A stretch of DNA of 64,000 bases from Gammaproteobacteria bacterium (GTDB lineage: Bacteria > Pseudomonadota > Gammaproteobacteria > Steroidobacterales > Rariloculaceae): assembly GCA_022819855.1 (NCBI GenBank), contig JAJEGN010000005.1, positions 261,724 through 325,723 on the forward strand. Reading direction: 5' to 3'. Below the pieces are notes generated by a model that was given only the letters and a program-made list of their open reading frames with translations, was not told where the DNA came from and searched no databases. Position 1 is the first letter of the stretch; each line of letters begins with the position of its first letter. The translations under genes and the position numbers were made by a program. Positions 40,217 to 49,939 of the stretch are shown here, piece after piece.

Positions 40217-40870
40217 TTACGCGGACATCGCGCCGTATCGGTCCCGATAGGCACGCATGGCCGGGAGGCGCTCGGCCAACGCGCTGTTGTCCTCCATGTG
40301 CTCGACGAGATCGGTGAACGAGACGATGCTCCGGACCGGAATCCCGAGTTCGGTCTCGATCTGTCTGACCGTCGTCAGGCGGGTATCGGTGCCGATCTCT
40401 TCGCGGTCGATCGCGACCAGTATTCCGGCGGGCGTCGCGCCGACCGCGCGGATGATGCCGACCGCCTCGCGAATCGCCGTTCCGGCGGTGACCACGTCGT
40501 CGACGATCAGCACGCGACCGCTGAGCGCTGCGCCGACACCGCGGCCGCCTTCGCCGTGGTCTTTCAGTTCCTTGCGGTTGTATGCGAACGGGTAGTTCAG
40601 GTCATGATGCTCGGCGAGTGCGGCGGCAGCGAGCGCCACCAGCGGGATGCCCTTGTAGGCCGGGCCGAACAGGATGTCGAACTCGAAATCCAGTGCAGCG
40701 ATCGCAGCGGCGTAGCAGCGGCCGACCGTGGCGCCGGCAGCCCCCGTGTTGAATAGTCCGGAGTTGAAGAAGTACGGGCTTACCCGCCCGGACTTGAGTT
40801 CGAAGCGGCCGAACCGGAGCACGTCAAGCTCGAGCGCAAGCTCGAGAAACTCTTTCTTGTAGGCTTTCAT
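40217..40870 (-). CDS. pyrE: orotate phosphoribosyltransferase
   Basis: FGRFELKSGRVSPYFFN and the PRPP-binding motif VLIVDDVVTAGTA. Confidence 0.95.
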   Translation of the reverse strand: MKAYKKEFLELALELDVLRFGRFELKSGRVSPYFFNSGLFNTGAAGATVGRCYAAAIAALDFEFDILFGPAYKGIPLVALAAAALAEHHDLNYPFAYNRKELKDHGEGGRGVGAALSGRVLIVDDVVTAGTAIREAVGIIRAVGATPAGILVAIDREEIGTDTRLTTVRQIETELGIPVRSIVSFTDLVEHMEDNSALAERLPAMRAYRDRYGAMSA

Positions 40871-40949
40871 CGGCGCTGGGTCGGGATGGCTCGGGTATCA
40901 TACCGCGCTTGCGCCCGGGCACGCCGGGGATACCGCTGCCGGCAGTTTC

Positions 40950-41720
40950 GTGAGAATCATCACCCTCAACGCCAACGGGCTGCGGGCGGCCGTCCGGAAA
41001 GGTTTCTTCAACTGGTTCCGCCGCCAGCGCGCCGACATCCTGTGCCTTCAGGAACTCAAGGCGAAGCCGCACCAGATCGAGGATGCCGCATTTCACGCGC
41101 GGGGCTTCAAGCGTTATCTCTTCTGCGCCGAGCGGCCGGGCTACAGCGGCGTGGCGATCTATTCGCGCGCCGAGCCGCGGGAGGTCATCAAGGGCTACGG
41201 CAACGCCGAGTTCGATGGAGAAGGGCGGTACATCGAAGCCGTGTTCGATAATTTCGGTGTCATCAGCGCCTACTTTCCGTCGGGCTCCTCAAGTCCGGCG
41301 CGGCAGGAAGCGAAGTTTCGCTTCCTCGAGAGTTTCGAAGCGCACATGATCGGGCTGCTCGCGCGACCGATCCCCTACTTCATCTGCGGCGACGTCAACA
41401 TCGCCCACAGGAAGATCGACATCAGGAACTGGCGCGGCAATCAGAAGAACTCGGGGTTCACGCCGGAAGAGCGCGCGTGGATGGACCACATCTTCGACGA
41501 CATCGGCTACGTCGATGCATTCAGGACCGTGAACCCGGAGCCCGACCAGTACACCTGGTGGTCGAATCGCGGTCGGGCGCGCGAGAAGAACGTCGGGTGG
41601 CGCATCGACTATCAACTGGTAACGCCCGGGCTTCGCAGCGCAGCGCAGGCGGTCAGCATCTACAAGCGCAAGTTCTTCTCCGACCACGCGCCGCTGACGA
41701 TCGACTACGATCTGGCCTGA
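40950..41720 (+). CDS. xthA: exodeoxyribonuclease III
   Basis: MRIITLNANGLRAA, CLQELK, C-terminal SDHAPL. Confidence 0.93.
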   Translation: MRIITLNANGLRAAVRKGFFNWFRRQRADILCLQELKAKPHQIEDAAFHARGFKRYLFCAERPGYSGVAIYSRAEPREVIKGYGNAEFDGEGRYIEAVFDNFGVISAYFPSGSSSPARQEAKFRFLESFEAHMIGLLARPIPYFICGDVNIAHRKIDIRNWRGNQKNSGFTPEERAWMDHIFDDIGYVDAFRTVNPEPDQYTWWSNRGRAREKNVGWRIDYQLVTPGLRSAAQAVSIYKRKFFSDHAPLTIDYDLA

Positions 41721-43006
41721 CCTGCGTCCGATGTCCCGGACGCCTCGCTGGCCTGTGACCAAGGGGCGACGAGAAACAGCATGAGCATTCCGGGGATCGC
41801 GACGGCGAAGCAAAGCAGGTAGAAATTGAAGTAGCCGATCGCCTCGATGATGAAGCCCGTGCTCGCGCTCGCGACCGTGCGCGGCAGTGCGACGAGGCTC
41901 GTGAGCAGCGCGAATTGAGTCACGGTAAAGCGCGTGCTCGTCTGCTTGGCGATGAACGCCGTGAGTGCCACCGTGCCCAGGCCAACACCGATGTTCTCGA
42001 AGCCGACGGCGAGGAACAGCGCATACAGGTTCGTGCCGATGCGCGCGAGCACGGCATAGCCGAGGATCGTCACGATCTGCACGACACCGAACATCCAAAG
42101 CGAACGGTTGATGGATACGCGCAGCATGATGAGTCCGCCGACGGCGGCGCCCGCCATGACGCCGCCGAGCGCCGCGAACTTCTGCACGGTACCGATTTCC
42201 GTGAGGGTGTAGCCCATGTCCAGGAAGAACGGCGTCTGCAGCGCCACGGCCATGTTGTCGCCGAGCTTGTAGAGCACCATGAAAATGAGGATCAGCAGCG
42301 CCGACTTCACAGTGTCGCGCGTGAAGAACTCCACGAATGGATTCACGATGGCGGCCAGAACGGACGACGGCGCGGCGTCGTCGCGCGCGGTCTCCGGCAC
42401 GAGCAGTGTCGTGACGATACCGATGGACATGAACGCTGCGACGACCCAGAACACGATCGACCACTCGATCCTGTCGGCGAGAACGAGCGCCAGTGAGCCG
42501 GGCACGAGCGACGAGATGCGATAGGCGTTGATGAACAGCGAGTTGCCGGTGCCGAGCTCGTCGTCGAAGAGCAGTTCACGGCGATAGCCGTCGAGCACGA
42601 TGTCCTGAGTCGCGCTGAAGAACGCCGTCGCGAGAACGACCCACATCACGGGCAGGATGTTCGTCGCGGGATCGACAGCGCTGAATTGGCCGATGCTGAA
42701 CAGCAGCAGGATCTGGCTCAGCAGGATCCAGCCTCGACGCCGACCAAGAAACGGCAGCCGAAAACGATCGAGAAGCGGCGCCCAGACGAACTTCCAGTTG
42801 TAGGGGAGCGTCAGCAGAAAAAACAGACTGATCGTCGACAGATCGATTTCCGCGCTTCGCAGCCAGGCGGGCACGAGTTGAGCCAGGACGTAGAGCGGCA
42901 TCCCGGACGAGAATCCCTGAAAGATGCAGATCAGCATCTTGCGGTTGAACAGGATTTCCTGCCACGGCCGGCGGGCAGGTGCGACAGTTCGGGTGGAGGT
43001 GCTCAC
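41705..43006 (-). CDS. ampG: AmpG-family MFS muropeptide permease
   Basis: GFSSGMPLYVL....LPYNWKFVWAPLLDRF pattern, 12+ TM helices. 4-nt overlap with trmB. Confidence 0.82.
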   Translation of the reverse strand: MSTSTRTVAPARRPWQEILFNRKMLICIFQGFSSGMPLYVLAQLVPAWLRSAEIDLSTISLFFLLTLPYNWKFVWAPLLDRFRLPFLGRRRGWILLSQILLLFSIGQFSAVDPATNILPVMWVVLATAFFSATQDIVLDGYRRELLFDDELGTGNSLFINAYRISSLVPGSLALVLADRIEWSIVFWVVAAFMSIGIVTTLLVPETARDDAAPSSVLAAIVNPFVEFFTRDTVKSALLILIFMVLYKLGDNMAVALQTPFFLDMGYTLTEIGTVQKFAALGGVMAGAAVGGLIMLRVSINRSLWMFGVVQIVTILGYAVLARIGTNLYALFLAVGFENIGVGLGTVALTAFIAKQTSTRFTVTQFALLTSLVALPRTVASASTGFIIEAIGYFNFYLLCFAVAIPGMLMLFLVAPWSQASEASGTSDAGQARS

Positions 43007-43734
43007 GGGCTCCTGGTGCTGGCCGACGGTGCGGCGGACCGCACCCTATAGTACTGGTCGTCGATAACGTGGTCGAGGCGCAGGCCGCGCCGTTCGAACT
43101 TCGTCGGCGGGCGGAATGACAGCGGGTCGCCGCCGAGTTCTCCGGCCGGTACCGCGCCGAAGTCGGGACATCGTGCGAGCACTTCACGCGTATGTTCGGC
43201 GTAGTCGGCCCAGTCGGTCGCGACGTGAAACAACCCGCCGTCGACGAGCACCCTCGCGACCGCCGCGACGAACTCCGGCTGGACCAGTCTGCGTTTGTGA
43301 TGGCGCTTCTTGGGCCAGGGGTCGGGAAAGAACAGGTTCACGGCGTCGAAAGTGGCGTCTTCGATCATGTGGTCGAGGACGTCGACGACGTCGCGGTCGA
43401 TGATCCTGACATTGTCGAGGCCGGCTTTCTCCAGCAACACGAGCAGATGGCCGATTCCGGGCTCGTGGACCTCGACGCCGAGGTAATCGACGCCCGGATG
43501 GTTCGCCGCTGTCGTGAGCAAGGCCTCGCCATCGCCGAAACCGATGTCGAGCACGCGCGGCGCGCGCCGGCCGAACGCTTCATCGAGATCGATCCTCGAT
43601 TGGCTGTAGGGGATGCCCCAACGCGGCAGCAGCGTAGCCAGGGCGCGTTGTTGCGCCTTCGTGATGCGGCCGGGCCGCCGTACGAAGCTGCGTACCTTGC
43701 GAAGGTGGGAAGACGCCATGGGGGTACGGCGCAT
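43003..43734 (-). CDS. trmB: tRNA (guanine46-N7)-methyltransferase
   Basis: VLDIGFGDGE SAM motif and FFPDPWPKKRHHKRR. The track ORF is trimmed to Met65 (or Met70 at 43719); the upstream 64 codons look non-coding. Confidence 0.9.
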   Translation of the reverse strand: MRRTPMASSHLRKVRSFVRRPGRITKAQQRALATLLPRWGIPYSQSRIDLDEAFGRRAPRVLDIGFGDGEALLTTAANHPGVDYLGVEVHEPGIGHLLVLLEKAGLDNVRIIDRDVVDVLDHMIEDATFDAVNLFFPDPWPKKRHHKRRLVQPEFVAAVARVLVDGGLFHVATDWADYAEHTREVLARCPDFGAVPAGELGGDPLSFRPPTKFERRGLRLDHVIDDQYYRVRSAAPSASTRSP

Positions 43735-44032
43735 GATACCAACACGACAGCGCGTCGAGGTGGCGAACGAAGCCGGGTTCCCGGCATGCACCGCTGAGCG
43801 GGAATCTGCGGTGGCCGGCGAAAAGACCCGGTTCCAAACATCAGGAATGTCGTTTATGTGAGACAATACACTGCATTTCGCTCCTGATTGTAAGAAACTT
43901 CGTCGAGACTGGAACTTTCGAAGCATCGCATGGCCGAACCATAGGAGTCTTCGGGCTTGCCGACCAATTTTGTTGCGAATTGCTTACTGAGGACTATCGA
44001 ACAAGAACAAGCTACGTTTGCGGAGGATTACC

Positions 44033-47000
44033 ATGAAGTACACCGCTCGTGTGAGTACCCGTCCCGCCGAAACGGCCGCGCCGGGCATTGAGGATCGAAG
44101 GTTTTCCGATTTCTGCGTGTCGCGAAACGTCGCCAGATGGAGCGCTTGCGCCCTCGCCGTGTCGGTCGCGTTGGGTGGCGCCGCACATGCGCAGGAGGAT
44201 GTGCTCGAGGAAGTCACTGTTACGGGCTCGCGCATCCGGGCGACCGGCTTCAATACGCCGACCCCGGTAACGGCGGTCACGTCCGACGAACTTGAACTCA
44301 TGGCGCCGGGAAACCTCATCGAAGCGGTCACGCAACTGCCTATCTTCTTCAACAACACCACCCAGGACGCACCCGGAAGCTTCTTTCGCGGGCCGGGTTC
44401 AGGCAGCCTCAACATTCGCGGCCTGAATACGAATCGAACGTTGACGTTGCTCAACGGCCGCCGCATGACGGCATCCAACAAGAGCAGCGCCGTCGACATC
44501 AATGCGTTCCCGGAAGTCATCATCGAGCGCGTCGAGGTCGTGACGGGAGGGGCATCGGCCGCCTACGGCACTGACGCCGTGGCCGGTGTCGCGAATTTCA
44601 TTCTGAACACGGATTTCGACGGGCTCGAGACCCATGCCCAGGGCGGCAGCAGCGCTGCCAACAGCCGTGGCACCTGGGAGATCGGCGCGGCCTACGGTAC
44701 GCCGATCGGCGAGCGCGGCCACCTCATCGTTTCGATGGAAGCGTATGAGCAGGACGGGGTGTACGGATTTACGAACCAGGACTGGTACGAGGGCTGGGGA
44801 CAGGTTCGCACGGGGCCAGGCCGGTTCGACACGATCGCGCCGCAGGTCGTCGCCGCCATCGGCTCACAGCACGGCGTGCTGAGCGCGCCCGGCATCGCTC
44901 CGATCACGTTTCGGGCCGACGGCACACCGGAACCGTTCGTGTTCGGCAGCCCCGTCGGCGGCGGTGCGCACTCGATCGCAAACGGCGGCAGCGGGACGCC
45001 CAACGGCCAGGAGAGAGCAACGCTTTCTCCCCAGGCCGAGCGCGAAAACGCGTTTCTCTACTACGACTTCGATCTGAACGAGAGCACCAATCTCTATGCG
45101 CAGATGATTTACGGCCAGAACACCAGCCTGCAAAACAATCTGGGCGGCACGTTCACGATCGGCAACACGCTGCGGGTCTACAGCGGCAACGCGTATCTGC
45201 CGGCCTCGGTCCAGCAGGTCTTCGATGACAACAACCTCGAGTCGATGAGTTTCACCCGAATCGGCAGCGACGCCGATCTTGCCCGGGGGGCTCAGCAGGA
45301 AACCAAGAATACGTCCCGATCGGTGACGCTGGGTTTCAACAAGGACCTTTCCGGTGACGGCATGCTCGACGGCTGGCAAGCGCGTGGCTACGTTCAATTC
45401 GGCCGTACCGAGCATCGCGGCAACCACATCAACGGTCTGCGGATCGATCGTTTGCCCGCGGCCCTCGATGCGGTCTTCGACAGCGACGGCAACATCGTGT
45501 GCAACGCGGCCTTGCTCGACCCCGCCAACTGGAGCGACTGCGTGCCCGTAAACCTCTTCGGCGCCGGCAACGTGTCGCCGCAAGCACTCGACTACCTTAG
45601 AGGTCTCGATGCGGGGACGCAGGTCTCGACGCCCGTGTTTTTCACGGATGGAGGATTCGAGGCCGGGCGAATGCTCAACTACACCTCGGGGGAAGAAAAA
45701 CTCACCCTGACCGAGGTCGAACAGGACATCGTCGAATTCACGATGGACGGGCCGATTGCCGACGGCTGGGCCGGGCCGATCTCCGCAGCCTTCGGTGTCC
45801 ACTATCGGGAAGAGTACATCCTGCAATTGACGTTCGATCATACCAACCCGTCCGGCGCTTTCGATTCGCGGCCGGCCTTGTTCGACCCCATGATCGTGCG
45901 CGGTATACCGTCTGGAATGAGCGCGCGCACGACAGCGATTCAGTTCGCTTCGGTACCGAACATCGAGGGCGGTTTCGACGTCACGGAAGCGTTCGGCGAG
46001 TTCGTCATCCCGCTGGTGACCGACAAGCCCGGCGTCGACACGCTGACGGCGATTCTTGCGGCACGCTGGATCGACTACTCTTCGAGCGGCTCGATTCAAG
46101 CCCGAAAAGCCGGGCTGGATTGGCAGGTGAACGACTTGTTGAGGGTGCGCACCACCGTTTCGCGTGATGTGCGCGCGGCGAGCCTGGCCGAGCGATTCGA
46201 CCGAACGGGCGGCATTACGAACGTGTTGGACCCGATGTTCAATGAGATTCGGCCCACGAGCACGGCTACGGGCGGCAACCCGAACCTGAAGCCCGAAGAG
46301 GCCGACACGAGCACGATAGGGCTGGTGTTCCAGCCGCCCGGTTTGTCGGGGTTTCAAGCGTCGATCGACTGGTACGAGATTGAACTTGAAGGCGCAGTCG
46401 GTCAGCTCGGCTCGCAAGCCATCGTCGACGAGTGCTGGGAGTTTCCGACGAGTTCGGCTTGCAACCTGATGAAGCGGGAATCGGACGACGGCCGCATCAC
46501 CATAGTCGAGAATGTGTTCGTCAACATCAACGCCGCCAAGGCCAGCGGCATCGATCTCGAGACCGCGTATCGGACCGATATCGGCGACGGGACGTTGGGA
46601 TGGCGCTTCATCGCGACCCAGCTCAGCGAAAACTCGATCACGAATCTCGGTGCGCCCAAGGTTGATCGGGCGGGCGATGTCGGCGTGCGGGAGCTTCCGG
46701 AGTTCAAGCTCACGACCAACGTTACCTACAATCGAGGTCCTTTCACGGCCTTCGTCCAGGCCCGATACATCGACTCGGGATTGCTCGACGCACGCGATAC
46801 CGAGGGTGTGACAATTTCCGACAACAGCGTCGACTCCGTGCTCTATACCGACGCGCGCGTGTCGTACAGCCGGGATCTCGACAACGGCGCCCGCTGGGAG
46901 GTTTTCGGCAGCGTTACCAACCTCTTCGATGAGGATCCGCCCGTTGTGGCAGGTTTCAGCGGATTCACGCTGCAGTCGAGTCAGGCCAATCTCAGCCTGC

Positions 47001-47050
47001 ACGACGTGCTGGGGCGGCGATACACCGTGGGCTTCCGTTACGAGTTGTAG
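44033..47050 (+). CDS. TonB-dependent outer-membrane receptor
   Basis: GGAGGA SD 5 nt upstream of the ATG. Signal peptide, plug motifs EEVTVTGSRI and NIRGLN, long beta-barrel region, C-terminal ...RRYTVGFRYEL. Confidence 0.9.
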   Translation: MKYTARVSTRPAETAAPGIEDRRFSDFCVSRNVARWSACALAVSVALGGAAHAQEDVLEEVTVTGSRIRATGFNTPTPVTAVTSDELELMAPGNLIEAVTQLPIFFNNTTQDAPGSFFRGPGSGSLNIRGLNTNRTLTLLNGRRMTASNKSSAVDINAFPEVIIERVEVVTGGASAAYGTDAVAGVANFILNTDFDGLETHAQGGSSAANSRGTWEIGAAYGTPIGERGHLIVSMEAYEQDGVYGFTNQDWYEGWGQVRTGPGRFDTIAPQVVAAIGSQHGVLSAPGIAPITFRADGTPEPFVFGSPVGGGAHSIANGGSGTPNGQERATLSPQAERENAFLYYDFDLNESTNLYAQMIYGQNTSLQNNLGGTFTIGNTLRVYSGNAYLPASVQQVFDDNNLESMSFTRIGSDADLARGAQQETKNTSRSVTLGFNKDLSGDGMLDGWQARGYVQFGRTEHRGNHINGLRIDRLPAALDAVFDSDGNIVCNAALLDPANWSDCVPVNLFGAGNVSPQALDYLRGLDAGTQVSTPVFFTDGGFEAGRMLNYTSGEEKLTLTEVEQDIVEFTMDGPIADGWAGPISAAFGVHYREEYILQLTFDHTNPSGAFDSRPALFDPMIVRGIPSGMSARTTAIQFASVPNIEGGFDVTEAFGEFVIPLVTDKPGVDTLTAILAARWIDYSSSGSIQARKAGLDWQVNDLLRVRTTVSRDVRAASLAERFDRTGGITNVLDPMFNEIRPTSTATGGNPNLKPEEADTSTIGLVFQPPGLSGFQASIDWYEIELEGAVGQLGSQAIVDECWEFPTSSACNLMKRESDDGRITIVENVFVNINAAKASGIDLETAYRTDIGDGTLGWRFIATQLSENSITNLGAPKVDRAGDVGVRELPEFKLTTNVTYNRGPFTAFVQARYIDSGLLDARDTEGVTISDNSVDSVLYTDARVSYSRDLDNGARWEVFGSVTNLFDEDPPVVAGFSGFTLQSSQANLSLHDVLGRRYTVGFRYEL

Positions 47051-47148
47051 CCGCCTGCGGCAAAGCCGCCGGCTGTATTTAGGGCAATCGTGCGGGCCTG
47101 GCCTGCAATAGCCGGGCTATTCGCACGATCCGGCTACACCTGCCCCGT

Positions 47149-47264
47149 CCAAACGCTTCATCTGGATTTGGCCGTACGGGATGCCCCAACTCGGCAGCAC
47201 CGATCTGCCGTGGATTCGGTGCTCGAACGCCTTCGGGTCGTGCACCAGCGCAGGGGAACGGTGG
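47149..47264 (-). pseudogene. frameshifted remnant of the 5' part of a trmB-like gene
   Basis: 47149-47201 aligns to trmB 43571-43633 on the same strand: blocks of 13/14 and 29/33 identical nt separated by a 10-nt indel. Translation gives ...PKAFEHRIHGRSVLPSWGIPYGQ versus TrmB ...TKAQQRALATLLPRWGIPYSQ. There is no start codon and a stop follows soon after. Confidence 0.45.
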
Positions 47265-47270
47265 AAATTG

Positions 47271-47300
47271 ACTCATCAATTATGAGTAACATAGACTCAT
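47271..47300 (+). promoter_or_regulatory. operator-like inverted repeat ACTCAT-N5-ATGAGT plus a third ACTCAT half-site just upstream of vapB-1
   Basis: Read directly: 47271-47276 and 47282-47287 are reverse complements, and ACTCAT recurs at 47295-47300, 4 nt before the ATG. RHH antitoxins typically autoregulate via such sites. Confidence 0.4.
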
Positions 47301-47304
47301 AGAT

Positions 47305-47550
47305 ATGACTAAGCGATTGCAGGTTCTCTTCGAGGACGACGAGTATCGGGCGCTGCAGCAGTCCGCGGCCGATGAGCGGATGACCGTGGCCGAGTGGGTG
47401 CGCCAGACGCTGCGGCAGGCTCGCCGTGGCAAGCGCAGGTCGGCAGATCGCAAGCTTCAGGCCGTGGAGACAGCCTGCCAGCATCAGTTTCCCACCGCCG
47501 ACATTGACGCCATGCTGGAAGAAATCGAGAAAGGCTATCTGCCACAGTGA
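47305..47550 (+). CDS. vapB: ribbon-helix-helix antitoxin (VapB-like)
   Basis: 81 aa with an RHH-like N-terminus (KRLQVLFEDDEYRALQQSAADERMTVAEWVRQTL). GTGA overlap with the downstream PIN gene. Confidence 0.78.
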   Translation: MTKRLQVLFEDDEYRALQQSAADERMTVAEWVRQTLRQARRGKRRSADRKLQAVETACQHQFPTADIDAMLEEIEKGYLPQ

Positions 47551-47942
47551 TTTTTGTGGACTCAAACGTCCCCATGTACCTGGTTGGCGCAGCGCATCCG
47601 AACAAGGATCGCCTCAGGGCAGTACTGGACCCGTTGATTCGGGAGCGAACACGCTTTGTGACCGATGTCGAGGTCTACCAGGAGATTCTGCACCGATACA
47701 CGGCCATTGGGCGTCCGGATGCCATCGATCCGGCCTTTGAATGCCTCGATGCGATAGCCGACGAGATTCTCGCCTTCGGCATGGCGGAAATTCGCGCGGC
47801 GCGGGAGATACTTGCGTCGGTGGAGGGGCTGTCGGCTCGGGACGCCCTGCACGTCGCGGTCATGCGAAGCGCCGGAGTAACCCGTATCTTGAGCCTTGAC
47901 CGCGGTTTCGACAGGTGTGCGGGAATCGACCGCCTCGATTGA
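47547..47942 (+). CDS. vapC: PIN-domain ribonuclease toxin (VapC-like)
   Basis: MIFVDSNV (first acidic residue), ...ARDALHVA..., LSLDRGFD: typical PIN acidic quartet layout. 131 aa. Confidence 0.83.
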   Translation: MIFVDSNVPMYLVGAAHPNKDRLRAVLDPLIRERTRFVTDVEVYQEILHRYTAIGRPDAIDPAFECLDAIADEILAFGMAEIRAAREILASVEGLSARDALHVAVMRSAGVTRILSLDRGFDRCAGIDRLD

Positions 47943-48023
47943 TCGCAGCGTTCGCGATTCCCGCGGCGCAGGAAGCCTGAGCCCGGCCCCGAGCGGAAAC
48001 CGGCTGCTCCGGTACAGACTCCC

Positions 48024-49541
48024 TCAGCTTGCTGCCTGACTTTGCGGCAGGCCGGCGCCCGGATCGTCTTCGACCACATCGACCCCTGCCGTCCTGCCGA
48101 AGACCCTGCCGAGGTAGACGCCTGCCGCTCCCCAGACTGCGGCAATGCCTGCGCCGATTGCGGCCATGGCCGCAAGGCCGAAGCCGAGGCCGTCGGTCAG
48201 GCCGGCGAAGGCGATGCTGCTGGCCGCGTCCCCGCCGCGATAGACGGCGACATCGATCACGGGCTTGGCCTTGAACCGCGTTTCGCGATCGACGTTCGTG
48301 AACAGCATTTCACGTGCGGGCCGGGTGATGCCGTAGTTGCCCGCCTGCCGCGCCACCTGGAGCGCCAGCAGGACCGTCAGAATCGGCGCGAATGCGAGAA
48401 TCAGCAGTCCGGCGCAGATGAAGACGGGCACGAGCGCGAGCGTCGTCGGCATGCCGAACCTCGTGACGATACGGCTCGTCGCAAAGAGACCAAGCCCGAA
48501 GGTCAGCAGGTTCACGACGAAGGCGAGGCCTGCGAGGATTTCGGTGCGTTCTTCGCGCGTGAATTCGCGCAGGAGATCCGTCTGCTGGAAATAGACGAAC
48601 GAACCGATCGTGGTGTAAAGCAGGATGAACGCGCCGATCGCGAGCAGGTAGGGGTTCGTGAAGAAGGTCTTGAATCCCGCCAGTGGATTGCCGCCGATTT
48701 TCGCGGCGCTGAGATCCGCGGCGACACCCTCGTTGTGCAGGTCGACGCGCTTCAAACGCTGCAGATAGAGCGCCACGGGGATCGCGACCAGCAGCATCGC
48801 CGAAGCGAGCAGCATGAGGTTGTCGGTGCCGATGTCGGACACGATCTGGTTCGCGACCAGCGGCCCCGCTGCCGCGCCGGCGCTCGCACCCGCGGCGATG
48901 AACGCGAAAACGCGCCGCGACTGTTCCTTGCTGAAGGTATCGGCCATGAAGCTCCAGAAGACCGAGACGTGGAACAGGCTGAACAGGCTCACCCAGAGAT
49001 AGAAACCCTTGTCGAGCAGCACGCGGTCCGCGACCGTTCCCGATCCGAGCCAGAACCCGCAGAACGTCAATGCGAAGAAGATGTAGACCGCCGGTACGAG
49101 CAGCCGGAAGCGCACGTGCGAGCAGGCCAGGCCGTAGAACGCCACCACGGCCGTGCTCAGAACCAGTTGGATGTTCCACAGCACGCTGATCTCGGTGTTG
49201 GTCCAATCGCTCGCCATCGCGTCGCGGACCGGTCTCAGGATGTAGTAGGCCGCCATCAGGATGAACACGAACGAGAACGAGAGGACGACTGTTCTGATCT
49301 CGTTCGGCTCGATCATCGTCGCTGCCTTGACGAGACGCGGCGCCAGAAATATTCGGACGATCAGGGCGATCGCCGCGAGCGTCCCGAGCAGCCCGAGATT
49401 CGAAAGGTCGAAAGCGCTCAATAGCGGCTCGCCCTGCAGGACTCCTGCAATCCGCGTCAGGACGAATACGCCGATGACGAGCCAGCAGGCCGTCTTGATC
49501 CAGTCACTGCGCGAGCGTTCGCCAAGCGGCCCTGTGTTCAT
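48024..49541 (-). CDS. polytopic membrane transporter, MFS / ATP:ADP-antiporter (TLC)-like family
   Basis: 12 or more hydrophobic helices; the YYILRPVRDAM motif near the N-terminus is recalled from TLC-like MFS proteins. Start uncertain (49559, 49541 or the Met at 49316). Confidence 0.6.
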   Translation of the reverse strand: MNTGPLGERSRSDWIKTACWLVIGVFVLTRIAGVLQGEPLLSAFDLSNLGLLGTLAAIALIVRIFLAPRLVKAATMIEPNEIRTVVLSFSFVFILMAAYYILRPVRDAMASDWTNTEISVLWNIQLVLSTAVVAFYGLACSHVRFRLLVPAVYIFFALTFCGFWLGSGTVADRVLLDKGFYLWVSLFSLFHVSVFWSFMADTFSKEQSRRVFAFIAAGASAGAAAGPLVANQIVSDIGTDNLMLLASAMLLVAIPVALYLQRLKRVDLHNEGVAADLSAAKIGGNPLAGFKTFFTNPYLLAIGAFILLYTTIGSFVYFQQTDLLREFTREERTEILAGLAFVVNLLTFGLGLFATSRIVTRFGMPTTLALVPVFICAGLLILAFAPILTVLLALQVARQAGNYGITRPAREMLFTNVDRETRFKAKPVIDVAVYRGGDAASSIAFAGLTDGLGFGLAAMAAIGAGIAAVWGAAGVYLGRVFGRTAGVDVVEDDPGAGLPQSQAAS

Positions 49542-49939
49542 CTTGTGCTCCCGAGGCAAGGCGAGAAGCCGGAAGGAGACGACCGAAGGGGACAGGAGCC
49601 TCGGGCTCGCTGGCCTGCCGGTTGTCTGCTCACAGCCTGAACGCCAGATACTAACCGAATTTCAGGGACGGACGAGCGAAAGGCGCCAGTCCAATTGGCC
49701 ACCGTCGGGGCGACTTGCCAACCGTGCATGCCGGAAGAACTGCCATGCGATCGGACATCCAGGTCGATTCGTAGTTGACAGACAATACGATGGGTTCGAC
49801 ATCGGATCGGACAAGAATGTCTATAAAAAACAACAAAACTTCGTTGCGAGGCTTTCATGCGGTGATATACACTCAAGGAGCACCAGCTTCCCGGTGTTGA
49901 ATCACTCAAGAAACCCGTTTATTCGGAGGAATGTCAATC

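Noticed and set aside
43735-43926. 64-codon N-terminal extension of trmB in the track ORF
   Set aside because: It shows no similarity to TrmB N-termini. Canonical TrmB homology begins right after Met65/Met70.
49560-49930. Long (about 370 nt) lower-GC leader upstream of the second TonB-dependent receptor as a possible cobalamin/TPP riboswitch or Fur-regulated promoter
   Set aside because: I found no B12-box (GCCACTG-like), no TPP CUGAGA/ACCCUUUGAACCUG core and no convincing Fur box by eye. This would need a covariance-model scan (Rfam/Infernal) to settle.
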